Source: Escherichia phage iGC_PHA_EC001. Taken from it: 64,000 nucleotides of DNA. Under the pieces are notes generated by a model. The model searched no databases. It worked only from the letters and a program-made list of their open reading frames with translations, and had not been told where the DNA came from. Location of the stretch: the sequence record OR437326.1. The stretch is one strand, 5' to 3'. The position numbers and the translations under genes were made by a program. The first letter of the stretch is position 1. Each line of letters begins with the position of its first letter. Of this stretch, positions 26,546 to 35,693 are shown piece by piece.

Positions 26546-27271
26546 TTACTTGTTAATAATACCTGCAATATTAGGTTTGACAAAGGTCGATGGTTTCATG
26601 ATCTTACCTTTATCATCAAAGAACACATACACTTTCTGTTTTTCATTATAAACAGCATGAACACCAGTGTATGCCCCTTCTGGACGATTGGCATTTCGTT
26701 CTTCAATTGCAGCGCATTCTTGTGCAATGGCTGAATCGATATCAGAAGTTTTCCAAGTTTTCAGCAACTGTTGTTTAGTTGGATACTTAGAATCATTACT
26801 TTTCAATACCTCTTTAATAACTTTCTTTTCTGGATATTTTGAACGGATTAGAGTGTCACGAGACATACGCATAATACCAGCAGCCATTAGTGCCATTTGA
26901 ACTGGCTCTGTAAATGTTTGTTCCAAAGCATCAAAATCAGTATACACAGTTGGAGTAAAAACATCGCCTACAGCATAGTCCAAGAAATTCATCGTATGTT
27001 CTTCACCAAAGAACATGTAAGTCAGATAACTGGATACTACAAAAATATCCGCCGCTGCATCCAAGAGTTCTACATGATCGTTTACTTTCGCGGCTGTTTC
27101 ATACTCTTTAAGCTCTTCACGAACGAACCCGATTTGGGACATAAATAACTCTTGAGTGAATTCAGGTTGTTCACCACCTCGTGCTTTGGCATTCCAATCA
27201 ATTACGTGCTTTGCTGCATTTTTGAAAAATTCAGTATCGAATTTAATATCTTTAAAAAAATTCTCGATCAT
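26546..27271 (-). CDS. hypothetical protein, possible MazG-like all-alpha NTP pyrophosphohydrolase domain
   Basis: REELKEYETAAKVNDHVELLDAAADIFVV has MazG-like E..E...E/D spacing; weak. Confidence 0.4.
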   Translation of the reverse strand: MIENFFKDIKFDTEFFKNAAKHVIDWNAKARGGEQPEFTQELFMSQIGFVREELKEYETAAKVNDHVELLDAAADIFVVSSYLTYMFFGEEHTMNFLDYAVGDVFTPTVYTDFDALEQTFTEPVQMALMAAGIMRMSRDTLIRSKYPEKKVIKEVLKSNDSKYPTKQQLLKTWKTSDIDSAIAQECAAIEERNANRPEGAYTGVHAVYNEKQKVYVFFDDKGKIMKPSTFVKPNIAGIINK

Positions 27272-27280
27272 TATAACTCC

Positions 27281-27463
27281 TTATTTAAAATAGCTTTCTA
27301 GAAAGTTGCTAATATTTACTACAGTCTCACCCATGTAAATTCCTGCGAAACCGAAAACAAGCATACGTGGAATATTGAAATACCATTTATCTGCCGGAAA
27401 AGATGCCAGAATTACAATAGCAATTGCTATCAACATCATAAGAATTGTTGCTAAAATTATCAT
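27281..27463 (-). CDS. small membrane protein
   Basis: start at MIILATILMMLIAIAIVILASF (hydrophobic helix) after CTGGAGG RBS. Confidence 0.4.
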   Translation of the reverse strand: MIILATILMMLIAIAIVILASFPADKWYFNIPRMLVFGFAGIYMGETVVNISNFLESYFK

Positions 27464-27516
27464 AAAAATGCCTCCAGGTATTTTGCACAATGATAAGCTA
27501 AGAACATTTTTCCTCC

Positions 27517-28632
27517 TTATTCTGCTGGTTCCCAAGTGTCTGGGATCATTTCTCGAATACGAACACCAACAGGTTTTGTTGGAATACCTTCATCTGAAAA
27601 TTCTTCATACTCTATTTCAACGAACTGATTAATCAAGGTAGAAGCATTCTCTGCTTTACGATAATTGATAGTCTCATGAGCATCTTTACGCATTAAGAAT
27701 TCGACTACTTTACCATTTTCCATCTCACCTGTCAACACTCCATCGCCATTTTTATCACTTTTTGAATTTGTTACTTTAACTTCAAGGGTGTGGCGAGGCT
27801 TACGTTTAATAACGTCATAAGAACGTTTATCAAATTCGTAAACTCCGTGAGCATTACGATATACTACACCTTCAGCTTTCTCAAGTAAAGCTTTTTCATA
27901 GAAAGCATCAAACTGTTCTTGGTTTTCAATATACTCTGTATGAACTACGCAAATAAGCTCGTCAAGACCATAATCTTCAACTACTGCCTTAAGAGCAGCA
28001 AGAACATCAACACGTTTTTCAAACGGTAGATCTGGAACTGGAATATCATATACGTAATAATTCAGCAAAGGTGTATTTGCATTATGCTTCTTCCAGGCAC
28101 TGTTAATTTGTTGCAGACTAAGGACACCTAACCCAGCAAACACTTCACCATCAAGAGGATGACCAACAACTTCACTAATAAAGTTTGGAATACCTTTCCA
28201 ATGAGGTGGCAGGTTATACACTTCCCCAGCTTTTGATAAACACTCCCCTTTCATATTAATCATAGAACGTAACCCGTTCAGTTTGTATTGTGCATAACCA
28301 GGGAACACAACCCTTTCAGGATAATCTTTATAATCCTGGCATTTCATTGGTGTAGAAGGAACATGGTTTTCAGCTTCTTCTTTTGTTTTATAATAGCCAT
28401 TCTTTAACTGTTTTGTCCATTTTGCAAAAGCTTCAAGTTCAGCTTGCTCTTCCGGTGTTGTTTCATTGGAACGACCAATGTTTTTTGCTTCTGCTGTATA
28501 AGATTTTTCTGTGATTTTTCCACCTACCCTTCCATGAGCTACAGTAACAACTGCACCATCTGTATACACTGTCCACTGTTTAAGTTTTCCTTTTGAATCT
28601 TTACCATACAGCGTTTGATTTGTTTGTTGCAT
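27517..28632 (-). CDS. ATP-dependent polynucleotide ligase (DNA ligase-like, nucleotidyltransferase superfamily)
   Basis: motif I variant YKLNGLR (KxDG with Asn), motif V-like EGVVYRN and KRKP; start at MQQTNQ after GGGAGGA RBS. Confidence 0.6.
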   Translation of the reverse strand: MQQTNQTLYGKDSKGKLKQWTVYTDGAVVTVAHGRVGGKITEKSYTAEAKNIGRSNETTPEEQAELEAFAKWTKQLKNGYYKTKEEAENHVPSTPMKCQDYKDYPERVVFPGYAQYKLNGLRSMINMKGECLSKAGEVYNLPPHWKGIPNFISEVVGHPLDGEVFAGLGVLSLQQINSAWKKHNANTPLLNYYVYDIPVPDLPFEKRVDVLAALKAVVEDYGLDELICVVHTEYIENQEQFDAFYEKALLEKAEGVVYRNAHGVYEFDKRSYDVIKRKPRHTLEVKVTNSKSDKNGDGVLTGEMENGKVVEFLMRKDAHETINYRKAENASTLINQFVEIEYEEFSDEGIPTKPVGVRIREMIPDTWEPAE

Positions 28633-28853
28633 TAGTCCTCCCATTTAAAAACTGAAATTTTCAATCTGTTACACACTTCATCCAAATCTGCGTCGAGTAA
28701 CGTTGTAGATGTTGCCAACATATAATCAATGCTTGTGAAACCTTGCCCTTTGGCATAGTCAAGCATATCTTCATACATATCTTCAAGATCACCGTCATCA
28801 AAAGTAGCTAGAAAATCCTCGTCCCCGCTACGAACATAAAATGCAGTACTCAT
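28632..28853 (-). CDS. hypothetical protein
   Basis: 73-aa acidic ORF; stop overlaps ligase start (TAATG). Confidence 0.4.
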   Translation of the reverse strand: MSTAFYVRSGDEDFLATFDDGDLEDMYEDMLDYAKGQGFTSIDYMLATSTTLLDADLDEVCNRLKISVFKWED

Positions 28854-29041
28854 TCATCTTCATCCCAAGATTCAAAAGCACAACAATCATCGGTTTCTAT
28901 AATACCGACACGTCCACAGGTATTGCAAGTGATTTTATCCCCGTAGAATAAATAATTTTTATCACCCTCTGTGTTTACAGTTATGTCATTACTACCACAA
29001 GGGCAAGTCAGCCAACCAACAACAACGATATCTTTTTTCAT
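28850..29041 (-). CDS. small Cys-rich zinc-ribbon-like protein
   Basis: CPCGS...CNTCGR...CC; RBS AAGGAGGG. Confidence 0.4.
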   Translation of the reverse strand: MKKDIVVVGWLTCPCGSNDITVNTEGDKNYLFYGDKITCNTCGRVGIIETDDCCAFESWDEDE

Positions 29042-29050
29042 AATCCCTCC

Positions 29051-29377
29051 TTAAGCATTCAGTTCGTTGTTGAGTTCGTAAATCTCTTCTTGAAGAGAAT
29101 CGATCTCTTCCTCCAAACGGGAGATCTCTTCTTTTAGATATACCATTTCAGATTCTTTCTCTTCTAACTCATTTTCAAATTTTACTTTATTCGCCTCATT
29201 TTCATAATGGAGTTCAGCATAATCATCGCGCATTTGTTCAATAAGATGAATCAGAGACAAGATGTAATTATCTCCCGTTTCATCACGCCACTCTTCACCG
29301 TGGCGGAGAATGGTAATTCGTCCAGTATCTTCATCTAAAATTGTCTCATATTTACGATCATCTGTATAAATCTGCAT
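29051..29377 (-). CDS. hypothetical coiled-coil protein
   Basis: heptad-like EISRLEEEIDSLQEEIYELNNEL; RBS AAGGAGAAATA. Confidence 0.45.
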   Translation of the reverse strand: MQIYTDDRKYETILDEDTGRITILRHGEEWRDETGDNYILSLIHLIEQMRDDYAELHYENEANKVKFENELEEKESEMVYLKEEISRLEEEIDSLQEEIYELNNELNA

Positions 29378-29386
29378 TATTTCTCC

Positions 29387-29791
29387 TTATTGAAGTTTAA
29401 GTGAACCACGAAGACGCTTCTCTTGCTGATCACGAATATATTGTGGAACCTCGTGAATTGAATCATTACAGTGCCTATTTTCAACAACTAAAGAGATAAC
29501 TTGATAACCAAACTCTTCAGCAAGAGCTAGATAAGGTTTAAGTTCTTTCTCTGTGGTTGAAGTGTTAGAAACAATAATCTTGTTAAGATTAGATGCCATA
29601 GCATCACGAACAATACTCTGACACCATGCGTGTGCTTTACCTACATTTTCTGGCTTCCAATCGTAAACACCACTTTCTGTGTAATGATATTGATCTGCCT
29701 CACAGATAGGCCAATAACCTTCAGAAATAATTTCTGCTACCGTAGATTTACCAGCACCTGAAACGCCACGTAAAATGATAAGTTGTTTCAT
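29387..29791 (-). CDS. P-loop polynucleotide 5'-kinase-like protein (T4 Pnk kinase-domain-like)
   Basis: Walker A LRGVSGAGKST; overall resemblance to N-terminal kinase domain of T4 Pnk; directly downstream of RNA ligase gene. Confidence 0.55.
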   Translation of the reverse strand: MKQLIILRGVSGAGKSTVAEIISEGYWPICEADQYHYTESGVYDWKPENVGKAHAWCQSIVRDAMASNLNKIIVSNTSTTEKELKPYLALAEEFGYQVISLVVENRHCNDSIHEVPQYIRDQQEKRLRGSLKLQ

Positions 29792-30724
29792 TTATCCTCC
29801 AAAGAAGTTTTCGATTTTTTCACGTCGCTCTTGCTGATTTAAAGCAGCCCATTGAGTCTTCGTAAAATTATTTCGAATCCATTCTAACAAAGCGTAATAT
29901 TCTTCGTCAACAATTTGTTTGGCATTTTTTGGATTATCCCAAATCAGATCCCACTTTTTATCTCCACCGCGCATAAGAAACTTCTTAGTAAGATAGTATG
30001 GTGACTTAATCTTTAAGAGTAAGTTAAACGGATAGTTTGTTTCACGAACTACAAACCCTTCGTGTTTACAATGTTTAGACATTTCAACAACATCTGAAAA
30101 CTTAACCATTGGATGAACTTCAGGACGCTTAAATTTGGTGACAGAAGCAATTCCATCAAGAGCACCTTCAGGTAACATAAAACTTGTCCCATCAGGGTTT
30201 TGAATTCTGGCACCAATTAAGTATGCACCTGGTTCTTCTTCGACAATATGCGGATCAGAAGGATCACAGATTTCAAAAAGGAAAGTTGCTTTTGCACTCT
30301 CTGTCCATTTGATGAAGTGTTCTATGTCATCACACTCTGAAACAATACGATTCTTTGCAATACTTGCAAAATCTGATTCAAGGCTTCCTGTTGTCGATAC
30401 AATAAGTTGACCTTTATATACACCTACAGAGGCCATAAAACCATTTACTTTACGAACCACATCTACAAATTCATCCGCTGGTAGATCTGTGCCATTCTCA
30501 AAACGATTAAAAATCTTAGTGAAAGGCCAAATAACAACATTGTCATCAGCATCAACAACGATTCCGCGACATTCTAGAAGACGAGAATCAATGTTCCATA
30601 GGTTATCCCAGAAAACTTTGTTCTTATACTTAAGAACAGATAGACCAGAATATTCTCCTTCTTTATATGTTTTCTTATGAACTAAACCTTTTTCAACCAA
30701 ATCGTCGCAATTAAATTTAGTCAC
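29792..30724 (-). CDS. RNA ligase (T4 Rnl1/RnlA-like)
   Basis: LLECRGIVVD (T4 Rnl1 LPDALECRGIMFE), nucleotidyl-lysine motif RKVNGFM (T4 KEDGSL), STTGS (T4 SKGS); GTG start after AAAGGAGAG RBS. Confidence 0.65.
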   Translation of the reverse strand: MTKFNCDDLVEKGLVHKKTYKEGEYSGLSVLKYKNKVFWDNLWNIDSRLLECRGIVVDADDNVVIWPFTKIFNRFENGTDLPADEFVDVVRKVNGFMASVGVYKGQLIVSTTGSLESDFASIAKNRIVSECDDIEHFIKWTESAKATFLFEICDPSDPHIVEEEPGAYLIGARIQNPDGTSFMLPEGALDGIASVTKFKRPEVHPMVKFSDVVEMSKHCKHEGFVVRETNYPFNLLLKIKSPYYLTKKFLMRGGDKKWDLIWDNPKNAKQIVDEEYYALLEWIRNNFTKTQWAALNQQERREKIENFFGG

Positions 30725-30725
30725 A

Positions 30726-31277
30726 TTACTCTCCTTTGATTATTTTGTGATGGTCTACAGTTACGATATCTCGTTTACTCATCATAGAAATTATCTCATC
30801 AAAATGTAAGATTTTTCCGTGTGCATCCCAACCCACATCTAACATTTTACCATAAGCTTCATCAGGGAAAGATCCGTGGGAATGCCCGTGTAGCATGATT
30901 GATCCACGACCTTGTTTATTCCAGGAGGCTATAGGGTAATGGCTTAAGACGAAGAACAGCTTCTGATATTTCACTTCGTCATAATACACCACTTCTCCAT
31001 ACTCTGCAAGCACTTCTCGGTGTTTGCTGTAATCATGGTTCCCAACACAATAAGTGATATCCCCTTGGAGGCGGGAAGCAATCTTACGGGTATCTTCTTC
31101 AGTCCCGAAACAGAAGTCACCCAAATGCCACATCTTGACACCTGGACTCGTAGCGCATTTATTCCATGCTTCGATCAGTGCTTCTGTCATGTGGTCCATA
31201 TCTTCCCACGGTCGATATTCAGGAGCAAACTCTCGTATACGTTTGTGCATAAAATGCAAATCACTTGTAATAAACAT
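30726..31277 (-). CDS. calcineurin-like metallophosphoesterase (putative RNA-end phosphatase/phosphodiesterase)
   Basis: motifs SDLHF, GDF, GNHD, HGHSH in order; operon-like with RNA ligase and kinase. Confidence 0.65.
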   Translation of the reverse strand: MFITSDLHFMHKRIREFAPEYRPWEDMDHMTEALIEAWNKCATSPGVKMWHLGDFCFGTEEDTRKIASRLQGDITYCVGNHDYSKHREVLAEYGEVVYYDEVKYQKLFFVLSHYPIASWNKQGRGSIMLHGHSHGSFPDEAYGKMLDVGWDAHGKILHFDEIISMMSKRDIVTVDHHKIIKGE

Positions 31278-31633
31278 TAGTATAATCCCTCGCTAAATAG
31301 GTCACGATCATGACCATTACGTTCGTAGTCAATCTGGTCTGCGTGTTTTGCAATAATGTATGCATCTTCACGACTCCACCAATTGTAGTATTGATCAATA
31401 AAACCTTGATTGTTTGGAAGACAATGCACTTTATCAAGCACACCTGCTTCTTTCAATACATTCAATTGTGCAGATAATACAGGATTTGCATGTCGAACAC
31501 AAGGAATAATTAACTCTTCACCATTATTCAAAATATACTTATTTGCAGCACAGACGATAACACGTTGCGCATAATGACCCTCACCCATCCAGGTAAGAGG
31601 TTGGTAACAAATGTTGTTTTCAATACCACTCAT
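31277..31633 (-). CDS. hypothetical protein
   Basis: 118-aa ORF, RBS GAGAGGAGG. Confidence 0.5.
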   Translation of the reverse strand: MSGIENNICYQPLTWMGEGHYAQRVIVCAANKYILNNGEELIIPCVRHANPVLSAQLNVLKEAGVLDKVHCLPNNQGFIDQYYNWWSREDAYIIAKHADQIDYERNGHDRDLFSEGLY

Positions 31634-31639
31634 TGTTTC

Positions 31640-31783
31640 CTAATCCTCCTCTCTTAAGTTATCCTCGAAAAAACTAGTATCTGGAAGTAAAAGATCATTA
31701 CTTGTGTCGGGCCAATCCTCTTCTTCTCGGTAGATAAAGTAACCTTCGTCCTCTTCTTGTTCCGACCAAACCGAATGATGCAT
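31640..31783 (-). CDS. hypothetical small acidic protein (47 aa, below ORF-track cutoff)
   Basis: manual translation MHHSVWSEQEEDEGYFIYREEEDWPD...; RBS TAAGGAGAGAAC. Confidence 0.35.
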   Translation of the reverse strand: MHHSVWSEQEEDEGYFIYREEEDWPDTSNDLLLPDTSFFEDNLREED

Positions 31784-31792
31784 GTTCTCTCC

Positions 31793-32149
31793 TTAATAGT
31801 GCACACGAATCATTTTAATACCATAACGCAGCATGGATTCTTTTGCAAGCATGAATTTATCCCCAGCAGCGGGATTAGAAGTATGCACGAAAATGGTAGG
31901 TGAACCAAAGCAAGGTTTACCAAACGCCAGAAGTTCTTCCAGGCACAGGAAAACATCATACCCATCTTGGTCAGAATCTTCACCCAAATCGTTGTCAAAA
32001 TGCCACTCGTCTACAAAACGATAACCCTTCTGCACATCATTCATGTAGCGAGAGGCAAGAAGTTCCTGTGATGTTTTAAACCAGATTGCATCTGGACAAC
32101 CATAATCTTTTGGATCACGTAAATCATCAAGCCAAATAATAGTACCCAT
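31793..32149 (-). CDS. hypothetical protein
   Basis: 118-aa ORF. Confidence 0.5.
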   Translation of the reverse strand: MGTIIWLDDLRDPKDYGCPDAIWFKTSQELLASRYMNDVQKGYRFVDEWHFDNDLGEDSDQDGYDVFLCLEELLAFGKPCFGSPTIFVHTSNPAAGDKFMLAKESMLRYGIKMIRVHY

Positions 32150-32159
32150 ATAACCTCCT

Positions 32160-32630
32160 CTAAGCTGGCATGATTAAAAAAGAACTCTCCACTTCAAAAT
32201 GCCAATCATCTACAAGCCCTGATTCCCAATCCTTCTCTTCATGGAAAGAGCAAATCCAACGGTACATACCTGGCGGTGTATTCTCAACATCTTCTGGCAA
32301 CCCGTAATCTAAAGCTGTCAAACCGTTCTCTGTAAAACTAGGATGGAGATTAGGAGCTTTCAATACAGAAACCCTGCCTCCAACATCTACAGCCACAATC
32401 CACTCTGTCATGTATGGGCTGTCATATTGAGGTTCATCAGAACCTACCTCAACAGCCTCTGTGCGTAAGATGATAATAGCCTGCTCTGTGATTGGGGCTT
32501 TGACAATATACCCGTGATCCTCAAAAAGATCGATAACCTCGAACTCATCGCCGTTTTCGACACCATAACTCTTATTCAAAGAGATAAACTTCGGGTTATC
32601 ATCGTAAGCTTTAGTTACTTTAATTCTCAT
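32160..32630 (-). CDS. hypothetical protein
   Basis: 156-aa ORF. Confidence 0.5.
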   Translation of the reverse strand: MRIKVTKAYDDNPKFISLNKSYGVENGDEFEVIDLFEDHGYIVKAPITEQAIIILRTEAVEVGSDEPQYDSPYMTEWIVAVDVGGRVSVLKAPNLHPSFTENGLTALDYGLPEDVENTPPGMYRWICSFHEEKDWESGLVDDWHFEVESSFLIMPA

Positions 32631-32851
32631 TTTTCCTCCTTCACTTTAACCTCAAATTCTACAGGCTTACCCTCAATGTAAAAACACTGATACTCTGCCT
32701 TATCATCCTCATCACGAGGCCAAGTTACCAAGGAGTTATAGCAATCTTCTGGTGCTTTGAAGATGGTTTTAGTCTCCACAGTAACATTCCCATTAAGTGT
32801 TGCCAATACCACCCACCCAGCTACAGGGATCATAGTGCCTCCACTTTCCAC
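32627..32851 (-). CDS. hypothetical protein
   Basis: 74-aa ORF with overlapping start/stop. Confidence 0.4.
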   Translation of the reverse strand: MESGGTMIPVAGWVVLATLNGNVTVETKTIFKAPEDCYNSLVTWPRDEDDKAEYQCFYIEGKPVEFEVKVKEEK

Positions 32852-33012
32852 GTTTTACCCTTATCAACCAAGGTCTTTGCTACAGCATACTCCTTCCCAT
32901 TAACAAGGAAATAATAAACGATAAAAGATTTCCCGATTGTTACTGTCTTAGTAACCTCTACACGTTTAACACCTTGCATGTATTTTGCCTTACCGGAATA
33001 GAGTAAAATCAT
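32830..33012 (-). CDS. hypothetical protein
   Basis: 60-aa ORF. Confidence 0.35.
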   Translation of the reverse strand: MILLYSGKAKYMQGVKRVEVTKTVTIGKSFIVYYFLVNGKEYAVAKTLVDKGKTWKVEAL

Positions 33013-33290
33013 TTTGCATTCCTCTTGTTGTTGATAACATCCATAGCAGTATATGGTTTATTAGTGCCATGATACTCCAGAATCATTGGAGAGCCTTCTT
33101 GCACTACTTCAAAGATACCATAAACAGAACTTTCAGCAAATACCATTTGCTTCGTGCCTTCATCGTTTACAACGAGAGAAAACTTCTTGCCTGTCCCGTT
33201 GAGGATCTCGTATTTCTTGCCAGCAGTGAATAATCCAGAGTACCACTCATTATCTGTTGCTTTTACACACTTCAGGAAAGTCTTGATCAT
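33009..33290 (-). CDS. hypothetical protein
   Basis: 93-aa ORF. Confidence 0.45.
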   Translation of the reverse strand: MIKTFLKCVKATDNEWYSGLFTAGKKYEILNGTGKKFSLVVNDEGTKQMVFAESSVYGIFEVVQEGSPMILEYHGTNKPYTAMDVINNKRNAK

Positions 33291-33640
33291 TTCTTTTTGC
33301 TCCTCTTTTTAGATTTCTCATACAAACCTAACACAGCCGCTTCTTTTGCACAAGTAGGAACTGAAGTCATCCCTCTTCTTTTTGCTTCTGGTAGTTGCAA
33401 AGTCCATATTCCCCACCAATAAATTTGGTCTGCCGTGAGTGGTTCAGCCATTGGATCTGCCTCCTGCTCCTCAAGACGTTGCAACGCTTCTTCAATCTTC
33501 TCGATTGGTGTGTCAAAGACGAATGCCTCCGTATCAAATTTATCTTTCTTAGGAACTGATTTGGCTACTTTGAGAACCTCGTTTTTCGGTTTCTTAGTAA
33601 CGTTCTTTGGCTTTGATAACTTCTTCGGTGTTTTCGCCAC
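33287..33640 (-). CDS. lysine-rich basic protein (possible nucleic-acid-binding)
   Basis: N-terminal AKTPKKLSKPKNVTKKPKNEVLKVAKSVPKK and C-terminal KSKKRSKKK. Confidence 0.45.
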   Translation of the reverse strand: MAKTPKKLSKPKNVTKKPKNEVLKVAKSVPKKDKFDTEAFVFDTPIEKIEEALQRLEEQEADPMAEPLTADQIYWWGIWTLQLPEAKRRGMTSVPTCAKEAAVLGLYEKSKKRSKKK

Positions 33641-33833
33641 TTACTACCTCCATACGATCTAAAAAGTCATTCACAAATCTCCAGTAACGTTGACCTGTTC
33701 TAAGATCTTCATAGATAACCACAGGATCAAACACTTTAGATATTCCGGCAGGTTTTGGAAATTCCACTACCGTATATAAACCACCTTTTGCTACACAAGA
33801 ATAGGTTACGCCTGTAATTGGATAGTTGCTCAT
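33594..33833 (-). CDS. hypothetical protein
   Basis: 79-aa ORF. Confidence 0.4.
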   Translation of the reverse strand: MSNYPITGVTYSCVAKGGLYTVVEFPKPAGISKVFDPVVIYEDLRTGQRYWRFVNDFLDRMEVVSGENTEEVIKAKERY

Positions 33834-34024
33834 TTCTTTACGTACTCCATGATTGGGGTATGGTCGCCAGTAAGCGTAACACGGCTGTAGGACACATCTT
33901 GTGTCCTCAGTGTATCAATCCACTCTAAGAAGTGTTCTTTCGCTTCTGTGTAGTTCTGTGTGCCTTTAACAACGTGTATACCATCTAGAGTTACACGGAA
34001 TACCATTTGAATAACGTCTTTCAT
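33830..34024 (-). CDS. hypothetical protein
   Basis: 64-aa ORF. Confidence 0.4.
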   Translation of the reverse strand: MKDVIQMVFRVTLDGIHVVKGTQNYTEAKEHFLEWIDTLRTQDVSYSRVTLTGDHTPIMEYVKK

Positions 34025-34137
34025 TTCTTACCTCCTTTGTTGTCAAAATAACTTACCAGAACATCGTGAACCACACACATGGCAAAAATCAGAACAATTG
34101 TTGTCAGGACCGGATTCTCACTAATTAGTGCTATCAT
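34021..34137 (-). CDS. small hydrophobic (membrane) protein
   Basis: start at MIALISENPVLTTIVLIFAMCVV after GGAGGTGG RBS; track ORF begins earlier. Confidence 0.35.
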   Translation of the reverse strand: MIALISENPVLTTIVLIFAMCVVHDVLVSYFDNKGGKK

Positions 34138-34444
34138 CTTTAACCACCTCCAATTGCCTTTCGAGTTTGACTTTGTTTGAGAACTGATAATGACACAACT
34201 TACATTGCATGTCAACAATCTGATCGTGATTTAACCCTACAATTTTAACTTCCTTTGCACCATCCCATTCCAAATACTCAAAGCCATCCAAATGAGTACT
34301 CTTGTCCAACAAAAATGCTATCTGCTGCCATTCGATCTGAATGTCATTTAAATGATATGCTGCACAGAAGATATCCTCGTAGTAAAAGACGATCATTGTC
34401 ATTGCTTCGTCCAGCACAACTACCTCTTGTCTTGTAAATCTCAT
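34121..34444 (-). CDS. hypothetical protein (first gene of leftward block)
   Basis: RBS TAGGAGG; 107 aa. Confidence 0.5.
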   Translation of the reverse strand: MRFTRQEVVVLDEAMTMIVFYYEDIFCAAYHLNDIQIEWQQIAFLLDKSTHLDGFEYLEWDGAKEVKIVGLNHDQIVDMQCKLCHYQFSNKVKLERQLEVVKDDSTN

Positions 34445-34687
34445 TCTAGCCTCCTAAACGCGTCTCTGACGCACTTTTTATATATAAGATGATAAATCAC
34501 CTTACCTAGTAAGTGAACTTGCTCTACGAGCCTCTTATGAAGCTTATGTTATAGGCTATACTATTGCTACCTGTTTAAGCAAGGTTTTTGCACACAGAAA
34601 ATAATTTTAATAAAACTCTTGACTTTTGTGTTCGAAGTATGCTACCCTAGAAATCTATTAACGAGCGCAGCGAGTTAAGGTTTTAGG

Positions 34688-34905
34688 TTGTTGATGTAGT
34701 ACTCTGTACTCAAGTACTGTACTCCGTACTAGATTAATAATTATTAAATATTAATAATAAATAATTATTAGATCTAACAAACAGGTACAGTGTATCAGAA
34801 CTGGTACGTACAGATCAACTTCTATCAATTAAAAATAAAATAATAAATTATTATAAATAATACTTGATCTATAGATCAGTATGAAGTACAGTACGGAACA
34901 TCTTA
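34688..34905. repeat. strand-switch region with clustered GTAC(T) repeats, AT-rich palindromes (TAATAATTATTA x2) and GATCTATAGATC palindrome
   Basis: five GTACT within 34697-34730 (gtagtactctgtactcaagtactgtactccgtact), further GTAC copies at about 34784-34815 and 34884-34895; no ORFs; lies between divergent gene blocks. Confidence 0.6.
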
Positions 34906-34923
34906 ACAAGATGGAGGTGTGCA

Positions 34924-35109
34924 ATGATTAGCGAGAATCCGTGCAAATGGCATCATGTACCTATTAAAGATTGTATGTCTTGTAATCCACGTTCTATTTA
35001 TAACATTGCATCTTATGACGATGACATTGTGTTAGACGATGATGAAGGCTGGGAGGATTTAGATTGGACTGGTTATGAAACCAAAAAGGATAAAATTATT
35101 CCTAGTTGA
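34924..35109 (+). CDS. hypothetical small Cys-containing protein
   Basis: RBS GGAGGTGTGCA; 61 aa. Confidence 0.4.
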   Translation: MISENPCKWHHVPIKDCMSCNPRSIYNIASYDDDIVLDDDEGWEDLDWTGYETKKDKIIPS

Positions 35110-35146
35110 CTTAAGATATCCTTCGTGCTAAACTAGAAGTGAGGAG

Positions 35147-35398
35147 ATGCCGATCACTCCCCATTTGGGGTTCGAAGGATATATGCAAAATAGTTTTTAT
35201 TTTAGGTGCCGTGCTTGTAATAGGCATTTGACAAACCACTCCAGACGTGATAAAAATGGAGTCATCAAGGAATCAGACCTCTGTTCTATTTGCACAGGTT
35301 TGGCTTTTGATGATAGTCTCGAAAGGGTTTATCAGCATCAATGTATAACAGACGTTCTCGTGTCAAACTTGGTAGAGGACGAACAACTAACAGATTAG
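35147..35398 (+). CDS. hypothetical small zinc-finger-like protein
   Basis: CRACNRH ... CSICTG Cys pairs; RBS GAGGAG. Confidence 0.4.
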   Translation: MPITPHLGFEGYMQNSFYFRCRACNRHLTNHSRRDKNGVIKESDLCSICTGLAFDDSLERVYQHQCITDVLVSNLVEDEQLTD

Positions 35399-35406
35399 GA
35401 GGAACA

Positions 35407-35655
35407 ATGTCTCTATTAGAAAAACACGTGTTTGAAGATGGTAACGGCAATGCAGTTTTTCTTTTCCATCCAGAAAAATACACATCTGAAAACAATGGTA
35501 CAACTTCTATTGTAATCACTAAAGATGTTAAAGTTATTGATTTCTTGGCTCTGATGCGAGAGATGGATCTTGAAATTAACACTTTTAACGCAGAAGCTTT
35601 GGTTGTTGCTCTTCTGGAAAAGAAAGATAGTGAAGAAGTAGCAGAATATGCTTAA
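35407..35655 (+). CDS. hypothetical protein
   Basis: start at MSLLEKHVF after AGGAGGAACA RBS (track ORF 35341-35655). Confidence 0.4.
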   Translation: MSLLEKHVFEDGNGNAVFLFHPEKYTSENNGTTSIVITKDVKVIDFLALMREMDLEINTFNAEALVVALLEKKDSEEVAEYA

Positions 35656-35662
35656 ATAACTA

Positions 35663-35693
35663 TTGACAAACGTATCCTTCATATGTTAGGATA
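35663..35693 (+). promoter_or_regulatory. sigma70-like promoter (AACTATTGACAA family, copy 1)
   Basis: TTGACA at 35663-35668, TAGGAT 18 nt downstream; same -35 context repeated at 36250 and 37212. Confidence 0.45.
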
